NCBI GenBank assembly: GCA_002104905.1
Contig: MCFE01000048.1
Span: 1-64,000 of the forward strand
Source: Basidiobolus meristosporus CBS 931.73
Taxonomy: Eukaryota > Fungi > Basidiobolomycota
Reading direction: 5' to 3'
DNA length: 64,000 nucleotides
The notes below the pieces were generated by a model. It did not search any database and was not told the DNA's origin. It was given only the letters and a program-made list of their open reading frames with translations. Positions 23,055 through 36,000 of this stretch are shown here, piece by piece; position 1 is the first letter of the stretch; the number at the start of each line of letters is the position of its first letter. The translations under genes and the position numbers were made by a program.

Positions 23055-23783
23055 AAACCCATTAGACCTCGTCACCGTATTCCCTCAAGTAGCTGCGCTA
23101 CTTTTCCAAGATACCTTTTTTGATATACTATGTATACAAGTAACCTCTACCCGTCATCTCTATATATTTCTTCTAATTCATCGCGGCTCGCCAATACACC
23201 TCAGATCTTAAGCTAACATTTTGACTTTCACTACCATGACAACCTTTAAACAAAATTGATGTCAGACACGTAACAATATACCACGCGTCACATCCAGCCA
23301 TTCCCAATGCATACTCTTCACGTATATCTCATCTTTCCTTCATCCGATTGGTGGCTTTTGTCCAGGGGGGTTGTCCAATGGCGTTCCTTCTGCAGAAAAA
23401 AAGCCACCCTTTGTCACGGGATCAGATAGATAAATATGACACCAGTTCGTTATGTTTCATTGTACTTGACTCTTATTGCTTGCTGTAAATAGGTAAGTTT
23501 GTTACTTTTATTGTAAACCCAACTCGAAGCTAACGGACACTTTTAGATTGTAGAATAAAGTATGAATGTAACATGAAGTCCCGTCTGTTGTCTTGTTGTC
23601 GCTGGATAGAAACCAGTAACGCAGCTCAGTATTCTTAAAGAGCAATCCCATGCTAAAGGCACGTCATGAACCTTCCCACTCATCGATGTGTAAAGAACTT
23701 GGGTACAAACTCGGCCTTCAAGCATACGGCTACGCTGACGTTTATGTCCGTGGTTAATGCTTTATTGGCACACATACATTAAT

Positions 23784-23861
23784 GATTCCATAGTGTAATG
23801 GTTTGCACACGAAGCCCCTAAACAGGGATTCGTAGTTCGAGTTCAATTCTCGATGGAGTCT
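23784..23861 (+). tRNA. tRNA-like gene with an enlarged, aberrant anticodon arm (possible Arg-CCT or pseudo-tRNA)
   Basis: Acceptor stem GATTCCA/TGGAGTC, D arm GTGT-AATGGTTT-GCAC, T arm TCGAG-TTCAATT-CTCGA, with intact A and B boxes. The anticodon loop is about 6 nt too long. Confidence 0.6.
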
Positions 23862-23961
23862 GATTCTATTGGAGAATATTCAAGTACGACCCATGATAGA
23901 AATCAGAGATAATGATTATTAAATATAAAAATACATCAAGTTGTTGGATGATCAAAAGGTG

Positions 23962-24929
23962 TTATAACACTTCAGTTGGGCTAGGGGTGGCAACGTGGTC
24001 CTCTAGTTTACAGCGGGTTTCTGGCGGATGTGGGTGGATAATTTTCACAGTTTCAGTACCAATGGAAGTACCAGTTGACTCGACACCGGTACCTCCAAAT
24101 CTTTCTAGCAAGTTTTCGGTATCAATATACTCCAAAATTTTCGATTGGTACTCATTCTCTTTCCAAATGTGTACTTTTTGAGCAGTTACAGTATCGATAA
24201 ATGGTCGAACACAGTACCATAGCGAGCTTAGCAAGAAGGATGACGGAAAAACAAACACATTCTTCAAGCGTTCCGGGAAGTGGTGTTGGAAAAGTGGGAA
24301 AACTTCCTTGGCGAGTCCCAGGTCTGCGTTGGCGTGGGTTGCTCCGGTACGGTCATACACAATGGTCACCTTTTCCGGTAGTAGCCCCTCTTTCTCGGCC
24401 TTGGCCAAAATCCATACGTAAAAGCGTTTTTCCCGCTCGCGTTCTTCGGGATTTGCGAAATGTTTGCAGCTTCTCCATACTAATACTGGGGTCCCATCTT
24501 TGGCGTTTCCATGAAAGAAAACCTTTCGTGTCTTGACAAGATCCGAGAAGTCTTCTTCAAGGATGTTATCGTAGTTGAATTCCTGGCGCCAATGCTATTC
24601 GAGAGGAAGGTGATTAGAAGTCCACAAAGATGGGTATTGAAAAACCCATAGTTACCATAGTTTCGGACAGGCTCTTACAAGTATCCTTGAAATGTCCCTT
24701 GTTTGCATACCAGAAACGGGATATATCCCTCTGCGTAAGTGTATAGGCTTGAGGGACTTGCGAACGGATGTTCTTCAGAGTAATCTATAGGAAGAGAACT
24801 TAGAAAAAGCGTATGAAAAGTGGTATAGTGGTATAAGCTGGTGTTACCGAGTCGAGACTAGGGACATTCATTGTTGGTAGAGAAGGTATCCGGCTTAAGA
24901 CCAACCCTCAGTGGTAAACTCAAGCTCAT
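23962..24929 (-). CDS. CRAL-TRIO (Sec14-like) lipid-binding protein, multi-exon
   Basis: IYPRFWYAN, WRQEFN, IVYDRTG, LFQHHFPERLKNVFVFP, VRPFIDTVTAQKVH, IDTENLLERFGGT. Confidence 0.85.
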
Positions 24930-25954
24930 CTTGTCCAGCCCGAGATTTTTTATATCAATCTAGTTACACCTCGGAAATCCGGAATTACAAGATCAAGAAC
25001 TACCGATTGAACAGCACTTATTGATGTATGGTCCAACTAGGAACAGTTTACACCAGTATTACGACGATGGAATTTCCTCATCTCTCTGGAGAATGCTTGA
25101 TTAATCAACCCCCACCAATGGTCCCCCGATCATCACCTCAACCCCAATACATGTAAATGGTTAGAAGCAGCATAATATTCTGCCTGGGGACGCAGCTCTC
25201 AAAACCACCAGCTATTCAGCACTCGATATATGGTGGCTATTCCTGGGAATAGACAAAGGTGACAGGAGGTCAAGTCGCAGTGAGCGAATGTGAAACAGCC
25301 ATATTTGTGTGTGGGAACCACTTTAATGGAAGGTGGCCAATCGAGATGCGATGGTGTGTCACTACTTGTGCTGTGAGCCTATGAAATCCATCGAGTCCGT
25401 GATTTAGCTTCTAATACATGGCTGATGGCTCCTCCAAAATAACATCGTTGCGCCCGATTTGGCCGATTAGGGAGTCAAAGGAGATAATCTCGGGATTACT
25501 TTTCAGTTTGTGAGCTCAAGTCACAGTGCATCTGTAATAAGTAGGCTTCTGTACATTGGTGATCACATAATTATCCCTAAGACATGGGAGTTCCTTCCTA
25601 ACTGGGACCTTGCACTGCACATATGATGGTGGTGGTGGTTTCACTGATGAAAATTCCACCTCTCTTGCTCCAATTGGTACCGTTCAACTGCGTGGAGCTC
25701 TGTGCCTATTTGGTTGCATTGTGGGTGTTTCCATGTATGGCTGCATTCACTCGAGCGACACCACCGTATATTTCAATGATGTGGAGAAATATAGGTTGCT
25801 CATGTAACGTGACTAACGCTCAGCTCCCCTATATAAATTCTGAAGCCCTTCCCCACAACTTCACTTTACTGCCCTTTTCCACCCTGTTTTTTATACATTC
25901 ATTTCATTTAATTCGCATAACATTTCCCATTTTCGAGCATCCTCTTAAAGCAGC

Positions 25955-28900
25955 ATGAGTGTGCAAAGCTATTCTGATACCTTGACGTTTTATGTCAATG
26001 GAACCCGTGTCGTCCTCAAAAACCCAGATCCGGAAATGACTCTACTTCAATACCTTCGTCATGCTGGTTTGACGGGTACCAAACTCGGTTGCGGTGAAGG
26101 TGGTTGTGGTAAGTTGGCTAATCTTTGCATAACTGACTATGTAAGTGTGACATGCTAATAGTCTGTTTGATTTAGGCGCCTGCACACTATTGGTTTCCTC
26201 CTATGATTCCGACACTCGCAAAATTTCCCACACATCTGTCAACGCATGCCTAGCTCCTCTTTGTGCCATGGATGGGAAGCATGTGATAACTGTTGAAGGC
26301 CTTGGTAACTCGAAAAACCCTCACCCAGTCCAGGAAAGAATCGCATGGAGTCACGGTTCTCAATGTGGTTTCTGTACTCCTGGCATTGTCATGTCGCTAT
26401 ACGCACTATTAAGGAACAATCCCAATCCTACCGAACATGAGATCGAGGAAGCATTCGACGGAAATCTTTGCCGTTGTACTGGATACAGACCTATTCTGGA
26501 TGCTGCAAAAACATTTGCCATCCCTTCTGGTGGCTGTTGCGGTGGAAAATCTAACACCGGTGGCTGTTGCAAAGATGAGAGCCCTGCGGTATCCCAAGAG
26601 GAGGTCACAGGATGTGGCAGAGCGGGAGGTTGTTGCCAAGACAAGAAAAACATTGATCAAGAGCTTAGCAACTCGGTGACTGCTGATAAGTTCGAGCCGG
26701 TGAGGCTCAAGAAGTACGATCCTTCTCAAGAACTGATCTTTCCACCAGCCTTGATTAAATATGCTCACGCTGAAAAGGATGCCAATAACGGCCTTCGACC
26801 TTTGGCTTTTTCCAACAACAAGTACAAATGGTATCGTCCCCTTGAGCTTGAAGAACTTCTACAACTCAAAGCCGAATATCCTGACGCGAAAATTATCGCT
26901 GGTAACTCGGAGGTCGGAATTGAAATCAAGTTCAAGCATATTTATTACCCCGTCATGATCTACGTTGGAGACATTAAAGAGCTCAAGAAAGTCGAATATA
27001 CAGATGATGGGATCACTTTCGGTGCCAATGTCACCTTGTCTACTTTCGAACATGTATTGAAGCAAGCAGTAGACAAGTACGAACCCTCAAAAACCGAAAA
27101 CTTCAAGGCTTATCTTAGCAATCTACGTTGGTTTGCTGGCCGGCAAATCCGAAACGTCGGTACGATCGCTGGAAACATTGTTACCGCTTCTCCAATCTCC
27201 GATTTGAATCCAGTATTCGTTGCATCTCGTGCAGTGATGGTGGTTGCATCAAAGGATGGTGGTTTAAGATCAATCAAGATGACTGAATTTTTCCTTGGTT
27301 ACCGCAAAACCGCACTTCGTCCAGGAGAGGTTGTGGTTTCCCTATCGATCCCCTTCACATCCGAATACGAGTTTACCCAATCATTCAAACAAGCAAAAAG
27401 AAAGGATGATGATATCGCTATTGTCAACGGTGGTTTACGAGTCAAGTTTGAGAAGAAAGACGGCAAGTTCATAGTCCAGGATTCCGTTTTCGCTTTTGGT
27501 GGCATGGGCCCTACCACGTTGCAAACCGCTTCTGCCACAGAATTTTTGATTGGCAAGGAGTGGGGATACCGTGAAGATTATTTGGAGGTCGTCAATCGGC
27601 TCGGATATGATCTTCCAATCCAATATTCTTCTCCAGGAGGCATGGCGGAGTATCGCAAAGCATTGGCCTCCAGTTTCTTCTATAAGTTTTGGTGCTTCAT
27701 TTCGGAGAAGTTGGGACTTGATATTCCTGAAGCCAAGTTTGCCAACGAGTTGAAAGACATTGAACGTGCTGTCTCACAAGCATCGCAATCGATGCCTACA
27801 CGTCCCGAATCCATCGTCGGAAAGAATGTTGCTCACTTAAGCGCCGTTAAGCAAGTCACTGGAGAGGCTATCTATGTGGATGATATGCCTTCATATAGAG
27901 GAGAGCTCTACGGGGCAGTTGTAACTTCCAAGAAGGCCCATGCCAAGATTGTCAAGGTTGATTCTAGCATGGCTGAAGAGGCAGATGGAGTTGTGGCCTT
28001 CTACTCCGCCAAAGATGTTCCCGGTTCCAACACTTGGGGACCTACCTTCCAAGACGAAGAGATTTTCGCCACTGATGAGGTCCACTTCTTGGGTCAAGTG
28101 ATTGGTATTATTGTTGCGCATACTCAGAATGCAGCACAAGCTGCCGCTAGAATGGTACACGTAGAGTATGAAGAGCTTCCACACATTCTTACCATTGATG
28201 AGGCTATCGAGAAGGAGTCGTACGTTCCAGCCGACAGAGATATCACTCGAGGTGATGTGGATAAAGCCTTTGCCGAGTGTGACCATATATTCGAAGGCGA
28301 ATCAAGAGTTGGTGGCCAAGAGCACTTCTATCTTGAGACTAATGCTTGTATTGTCGTGCCAAAAGAGGACACTGAAATGGAGATTTTCAGCAGTACACAG
28401 AATCCTACTGAAACTCAGCATGTAGTGGCTAAAGTCCTGGGTTGCTCCGACAACAGAATTACTGTTCGTACCAAACGTCTTGGCGGTGGCTTTGGTGGTA
28501 AAGAGAGCCGAACTGTAATGTTAACAGCACCATTGGCTGTTGCTGCTCATCACCTTGGCAAGCCCGTCCGTTGTATGCTCGACCGTGATGAAGATATGCA
28601 GTTAACCGGCCAAAGACATCCTTTCTTGGGTAAATGGAAAGTTGGTGTCAACAAGGATGGTAAAATTCAAGCACTAGACATCCAACTCTACGCCAATGCA
28701 GGTTGGTCTGCCGACTTAACCATGGCTGTTGTCGAGCGTGCCATGTCCCATAGCGATAATTGCTATTACATTCCTAATGTCCGTGTCGTTGGTAAGGCGT
28801 GTATCACAAACATTCATTCGAACACTGCCTTCAGAGGTTTTGGTGGCCCTCAAGGAATGGTTATCTGTGAGAATTGGGTACATGAAGTCGCAGAGAGCCT

Positions 28901-30095
28901 CAGTATTCCCGTAGATGAATTCCGCGAAATCAACATGTACAAGGAAGGCCAACTCACTCATTTCAATCAAGAGATCACCGACTGGCACATTCCTTTAATG
29001 TGGAAGCAAATCAAAGAAACATCGAACTATGCGACCAAACGCCGTGAGGTTGATGAATTCAACACAGCTCACAAATTCAAGAAGAGAGGACTGGCAATTA
29101 TTCCTACTAAGTTCGGTATTTCCTTCACCGCTAGATTCCTCAATCAAGCCGGTGCTCTGGTTCATATATATACCGATGGGTCGGTGCTGTTGACCCATGG
29201 TGGCATTGAAATGGGTCAAGGTATCCATACGAAAATGGCACAGATCGCTGCTGAGGCCTTGGATGTCCCATTGGAGAAGGTCTTCATCAGTGAGACGGCT
29301 ACTAATACAGTTGCCAACACAAGTCCAACTGCTGCTTCAGCTGGATCTGACCTCAACGGTCAAGCCGTTAAAGCTGCCTGCGACCAGGTTGTTGAGAGAT
29401 TAAAGCCGTACCGTGAGAAGATGCCTGGCGCTTCTCTTGGCGAAGTTGCCAAGGCTGCTTATTTCGATCGGGTGAATCTCTCCGCCAATGGTCATTATAA
29501 GACTCCTGATATTGGCTACACCTGGGGAAAGAATGAAGGAATGATGTTCTTCTATTTCACCCTGGGTGTTGCTGTTTCTGAGGTCGAGATAGATATTCTC
29601 ACAGGGGACCACACAATTCTGAGTACCGATATCCTCATGGACGTTGGCCAATCACTGAATTACTCAATTGATCTTGGGCAAGTTGAAGGAGCCTGGCTAC
29701 AAGGCGCCGGCTGGTCCACCATGGAAGAAACATTATTTTTCCCCAATGGTATGCTGTTCACTAGAGGCCCAGGCAATTACAAAATCCCGGGCTTCCGTGA
29801 TATTCCGCAGCAATTCCGAGTTGACCTTCTTGATGGTGTTGAATACAAAAAACTCAAGACGATCCACGGTAGCAAAGGCATCGGAGAACCGCCATTCTTC
29901 TTGGGTACTTCTGTCTTCTATGCTATTCGCGATGCTATTTCAGCTGCTCGCAGGGATAACGGTGTTACTGAAACCTTCACTCTCTCTCACCCCGCTACTG
30001 CCGAGAAGATTCGTATGGCATGCGCCGACGAGATTGCCGCCCTTTCCAAAATAGAACGCAAGGAGGGAGAGAAGCCATGGGCTATTCGCGTATAA
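25955..30095 (+). CDS. XDH: Xanthine dehydrogenase, 2 exons
   Basis: [35 protein letters not shown] domain, [26 protein letters not shown] and SKGIGEPP. Confidence 0.98.
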
Positions 30096-30348
30096 TCATC
30101 CAGAGATATATCTGAGATGTGCTTTTATTTGTAGGTTCGTGAGATGTCGCATCACCCGGTGTATATATAGGCTCGACATTGATTAATTCTCTGAAATTCA
30201 AATAAACAAACCTAGTTTGCAACTATGCAGTAAGAGCGTTCATATATATATGTGTGTGTGTAAGTGTGCGTATGGCGATTCTATGTACACGAGATCAGCA
30301 GAGCCATTCGGGCGCCATGTCCATCACTGGCGTGAACTTTCGATTGAT

Positions 30349-32264
30349 TCAAGGCCCCATATCTTCCTCATCTGACGGTGGGATAACCTCGTCGTCTGAG
30401 CAATAAATTGCCTCGGTCTCCTTGGCTGGTGTTTCTGGGACATAGTTCTTCTTCAGGATAGATGGTGAATTAATACAAATCGCGTTCGATGTCCGCGCAT
30501 ACACCGGCGTCTCGGGAATAATAGCATCAGCGCCGGGTGTGCTAGCCGATGTTGGCCTCCCCATTCCACATGGGCCTGAAATCTCTGTTGATCGGGGATG
30601 CTTGAGAAGCGAATGCCGGCGATATCCAGCTGATTGAAGCGATGAAAAAGATTGGGACTTTGTGGGTGTTTGGTCGTTAAGAGCTGCTCTGAATATTGTT
30701 TCATGATACTCTGGCTCGGGGTTCTCTGGCGTCTCCGCTACGAGCAAGTCACAAGATTCCTTTCTGATTCGCGCCTTCTCCGACGAGATTTGCGGTGGAA
30801 ATTGATGGCGCGGAGTGACCAATGCGGCTTCCAGGGGGGCTATTTCGTTATGATCCACCAATAGAGCGTAATCATCCAGGTCAGTGCTTTCAAACTCTGC
30901 TGAGAACCTATCGCTCAAATTCCCGGGAGTGTTAGTATAAAAATCTTGGAAAAATTGGCTGGTCTGGCTTGCAGAGAGCTGATCGATCCCCTTGGGAGTA
31001 GTATGACATTTGGAAGGTGAAGGGGCACACGGCCGAAGATTATGCCGGCTCATTGACGGTGTATTTTGCTCTGGCTCGCTCATCAGATCTTGTTGGCATA
31101 CCGACTCTGCTGCGTCTAAACATATTGGAGCATTTTCCATATCATTTGCTTTCGTGTTATTCATATTTACATCATCAAGAACTTGAACGGATAACTTAGA
31201 AGTCAGTATGGCCTTTGGTGCAAGTGTGGGTGGATTTACCACTCCAAGGGTACCGTTTCCTGCTGGATACTCCACATGATCGTTAAAACTGTCTACTTCA
31301 TCTAGATGCCCATACTCCCATTCGACCCTGAAGCTTTGATTGTCGAAAAATGGGCTACTTTGTGAGCCCAAGACTGTTGAACTGCCATCCTGTTGGACAG
31401 GATCGCAAAACCAAGGGTGCGCTTGTTTGCTCTCCTCAAGGGTTTTGCGCAAGTTTCTTGTTCTAAGCATATGGATATCCTTGTCTTCTGAAAGGCAGCC
31501 AGGTGCCAAGTGTAGCCTCTCTCTTAGATACGAAAACACAGAGTTGGGAAGGCCATACACAGGCCAGATTCTCCTCACCCTCCAATCCTCCGACTCAGGT
31601 TTGGCTCGTAACTTGGACAGGTACTCGGATGTTTTATCCGACAATGGTATGCGTCGGTTTGGGAGATTCGTTTTAGAAGAATTAACTCTAGTGATGGTTA
31701 GGGCGAACAGCTGTCCAAGGATAACTGACTCCAAGGATTCCAATAACGCATCCTTAAGTTCGAATCGATCCAACTTCGCTTTCTGAGAAACTAGTCGTAG
31801 GAATTTGCGGAATTCGGTGGCATTGCAGCCGAAGACAACATCCAGGTCGTCGCCAAACACCGTAACTAATATCAATTTCTTAGTACTCTGGTGGGTGAGA
31901 AAGTACGGTGAGGAAAAATACCGCTTTTGTGCTCGTGCGCGTACGCGACAACAACGCTAAGTCTATATTTAAAAGAAACGTACTCTCTCGAGTAATTGGA
32001 GTGACACCGGGAGCAATGCATTTGCGGGCCAGGCGTTAATGCCTTGACCTTGTGCAAAGTCTTTATGGGGGTGACAACGCTGCCTTGCCGGGTGTTTCTC
32101 GGGCTGGGTGAGGTCAAGATTTGCGAGATTCTCCTCAGTCCTGGACTTGCTCTAAATCCGGGTTGCGAGCCGAGCTTGGCGTTGCAATTACCACACGAAG
32201 GATACACGTAAGTTTCGTTGGGTTGAATTTTCACTACCACCCCCTGGACTGTCTCCAACACCAT
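30349..32264 (-). CDS. RPA1-C-type zinc-ribbon OB-fold protein resembling DDIAS/Noxin, with a long disordered C-terminus, 2 exons
   Basis: YVYPSCGNC...CSRC...YRLSVVVA / LVTVFGDDLDVVFGCNATEF matches the recalled DDIAS N-terminus. The tail is rich in S/T-P and ETP motifs. Confidence 0.7.
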
Positions 32265-33030
32265 ACTCTAAAAGCGTCTTACTATCGGGACTGATCAACA
32301 GTGGGATGTTTTGATTGTCTATATGTCATGTCTTCATGGAGCCCACCATCAGTGCACGTGACCGGCGTGATCAATGGAAATGTTGAACCGCTGACCCATT
32401 ATGATCCGGTTCTATAGGAAGATACACGCTGAGCTGATTAGAGCAAACGCTTTCCAAATTGGCAGTCGCGATTGGAGAGGAAGTATGCTCAGAAGGGAAT
32501 GTTTGCAGTTGCTGAGGTTGTTGAGTCGACCAAATAGGCTGAAACCTACTAAGGGAAGTGCTTTAACTCGTGGTAGCCCCTGAATGACGGGAGAGGCTGC
32601 CTTCACGATACCATGGAGCACAATTTAAGTTGATATATGCCCGGCCACCTCATTGGCTGGTGATAGACCTTCACAAAAAATGTTCCAATTACTTGTGGAG
32701 TTCGTGGGCAATTATATTTCACAACTAAGCCATGATATTAACTTAGTAATGGTTCTCTTGTATTTGACTCCATTGTAACACAAGCGCATATAGCATTTTC
32801 AACTCCGTTACTTATTACTATTATTAGCTCCTTATATCGATTTTCTTCACCTTTGCTCTTAGATAGTTCGCTGCTGAGTTCCGTGAAATCTCTCCCCTTC
32901 ACCTTCATCTTGTATTTTGTAACTATTTATTTGGATATTACCACCTTTGCTATCGAGCAAATCACTTTTGTTGCCGTCTGTTTTCCAGAGCCTGTTTCTG
33001 GCGATAGCATAAGAAGTATTCAGCGACAAC

Positions 33031-36000
33031 ATGCCGATGTGGCAGCCACTTGCACGGGTTGCTAATGGAATAGCCATCTTCCCATTCTTATCGGTGACCC
33101 CCAGTGTAGTGAACGAAGCTCCAGAAGATAATGGAGATTCCCAGTTATTTTTACTTGATTCCGCCTCTCCAGATGCCTCATACTTTGTTGATTTAGAAGT
33201 GGGCGACATTGTATATGCATACGAGCAATTGGATGGTTGGTACAAGGGCTACGTGATATCATCTTTCCCTCCAAATTCACAACCTCGATGTGGCATATTC
33301 CCTGCCAATCACGTTCATATTCGCTCCTATCAAGCTAGCCCTACTGCAACTGCGTCTAGTAAGTTGCAACCTGATACCACTAGGCACTTGATTTCGGAAA
33401 AACAAAGATTGTCTCCTGAAATTGCTAAAGCACCGTCTTTAATGAGATCAAATTCGGAGCTCGTTGCTAGGAGTTCCTTTGATTCAACCTCAACAACTAG
33501 CTCCAACCGCATTCGCCCGTTAAGCTTGCAGGAGAAAAATCTCGACAGTATCCATCCAAGTCCGCCAACAATCCCTCAATTGAAGCCTTACAGAACTGCA
33601 AGTGGATACTTGGAGCCACTGGTGGATATTATCTCCGATGTTTTAAAGGAATGGTGCTCATATTTACCAACCTACCTGCGGAAATGCGAATATGAGCTAT
33701 TCAACACCGTGAAAGGCTACATGTCAACCCTCTTCAAGGGACGAAGACAACTTCTCTCGCAAACATTATCGCTGGAGGATTTAAATAAGCTTCGCTCGGA
33801 GTTGATTCATACAATTTTGTCGGGCAACAAGCTCCAGGGATTGGATTCTATCGTTCTCCATAAAGAAAAAGGACTTCCGATTGACGAGAAGCACTCACCA
33901 TTGACTGCGCTGTACAAAAGTCATGTAGAGCTTTCAGGCGATGCAGGTGGTCAGCTCGAGAGTCCGTTAGTGACCAGCCCCCATCATTCTCCGTTGGGAG
34001 TCAACTCTACTCCAGTTCGGAAGAAAACACCTAAGGCTGCGGTAGACAGTATCTCCAGTTTATACCATCTTTTCTTCGATCTGAAGGCTTTTGTTGCCTC
34101 CATATGCTCCACAGGAGAATACGCCGAACTCCACTTTTCCTTGTTTAACAAAACATCATCCAAGTTCATCAGCGAGGAATTCCTTATTGTTCTTACATCT
34201 CAAGGGATGCCCAGCGACCCCAACCGGATTGGTAGACTACGTACCTTATTTTCTGATCTATCCCAAAAGGACGTTAGTGATCAGATATACCTTGTGTGTA
34301 GAATAGTTCGGATTGGCCGAACCCTGCTGCTGGAGAAATCCAAAGATGGCATAGAGCTCTCTTCATCATCCTCGGCAGACGTATCCAGTCGTATAAATTC
34401 GATCAGCAACAAGCCTGGAAGCGAGGTAATCAACTATAGAAGACCCTTTGGATGTGCAGTCTTCTCCGTGAGCGACGTGCTTCAGGCTAGTAGTCAAGCT
34501 GACGCTATGCGGGAGTCGGTCATTAAGATCTATACTCCCCTGAACGATACGACCTTCTCCACGTTGCATGAGAATATCATAAACCAGACCGGAGAGTACG
34601 AGCAATCCTCAAGAGCTGAAAGCATATGTGTGTCGTTTCGAGTGTTCCAAGGGCAAGCCCAAGCTCTCATTAGAGAACACCCCACTCTATTACTTGATAT
34701 CCCAATTACTCCGCGATTAGGGTTCCCCGATGTGGTATTGCCGGGTGATAATCGAAACGCCATGCACTTGACTCTCTGCTCTGGTGATTTCCAACAAGGT
34801 CGAAGAGCAACAGCCAAGAATATTCAGGTGAAAGTGGAGGTGCGCTCGAATGAAGGAAATGGGGCAGCATTGGGCGGCGCCATATGCCGTGGTTCTGGAG
34901 AAGCCAATGTAACTCAGTACGAATCAACGGTGATCTATCATTCAAACAACCCCCGATGGGACGAGGCTATCAAGATTGAGGTGACTCCAGACATTTTCAA
35001 GAGCTCTCACATATTCTTCACATTCCGACATTGCTCTAGTAAGGAGCAGTCTGGCTCCACCATCTCTCTCGGCAGTAAGGAGAAATCAACTGACAGCAGC
35101 ATCTTTGCATTCGCATTTTTGCCCCTTTCTCTTGAAAATCATCATACCATTGTATCAGATGATACTCACACGCTCACGTTGTACAAGTATGATCCCAAGA
35201 TTGTCTCGTCAACGACATACCTGAAATGCTGTACCAACACCCCGAAGCCCAACAAACTAATGTCTTTTGACAGCCTCGATCTGGTCAAGAGTTATACCTC
35301 GTCCTCCGGAATAACCCCTCTCAAGGATACATTTGTTGTGAAAACATTTTTATGCTCAACAAAACTGACCCATAGCGAGTCTTTGGTCAATCTCCTACAT
35401 TGGAAAGAAGCGCTACTTACCCGACATGACATGCGTTCTATCTTGAAGAACTTCACTTTCATAGGGGAGTTGGAGATTGTCAAGTTTCTGCAAGATATAT
35501 TTGACGTGTTGTTCGACCTATTGGGCGCGCCACCGTCCTCATTTCAGCATGGGGACACTCCAGTAAGGCAGAACTCTCATCAGCGCCAGCCCTCCGTTTC
35601 AGGGGCCGGCCCTACATTGGATGACCTAGTGTTCGCTGCGTTGGTTTTCGTCCTCAACATTGTGTCCGACAGACGCTTTACCAACTTCCGGCCGGTTCTA
35701 GATGTATATATCGAGAATCATTTCTCTTCCTCTCGAGTATCTAAGCATCTTATCTCTTCCATGCGGAAGTTGCTTTCAGACCCAACGGACTCTACACAAG
35801 CAATGGGGCTTCGTTCTAGTATAAAGGCCTGGGAATACTTGTTTAAATTGATTGTCAAGTCGTGGGGCATCCATAGAGCTGAGGAAAAGGGCAAAAACCT
35901 CAGTAATGCCGGCGCACCAATGTCTTCCCCATTGGATGACTCCGTCGGGAGTCAGAGCGAGTTCAAGGCAAGTCTTTGGGGTCTCTTTGGAGATATCAAT

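Noticed and set aside
26520-26645. Gly/Cys-rich GGCC repeats in the XDH linker
   Set aside because: Similar CC-containing linkers are common in fungal xanthine dehydrogenases.
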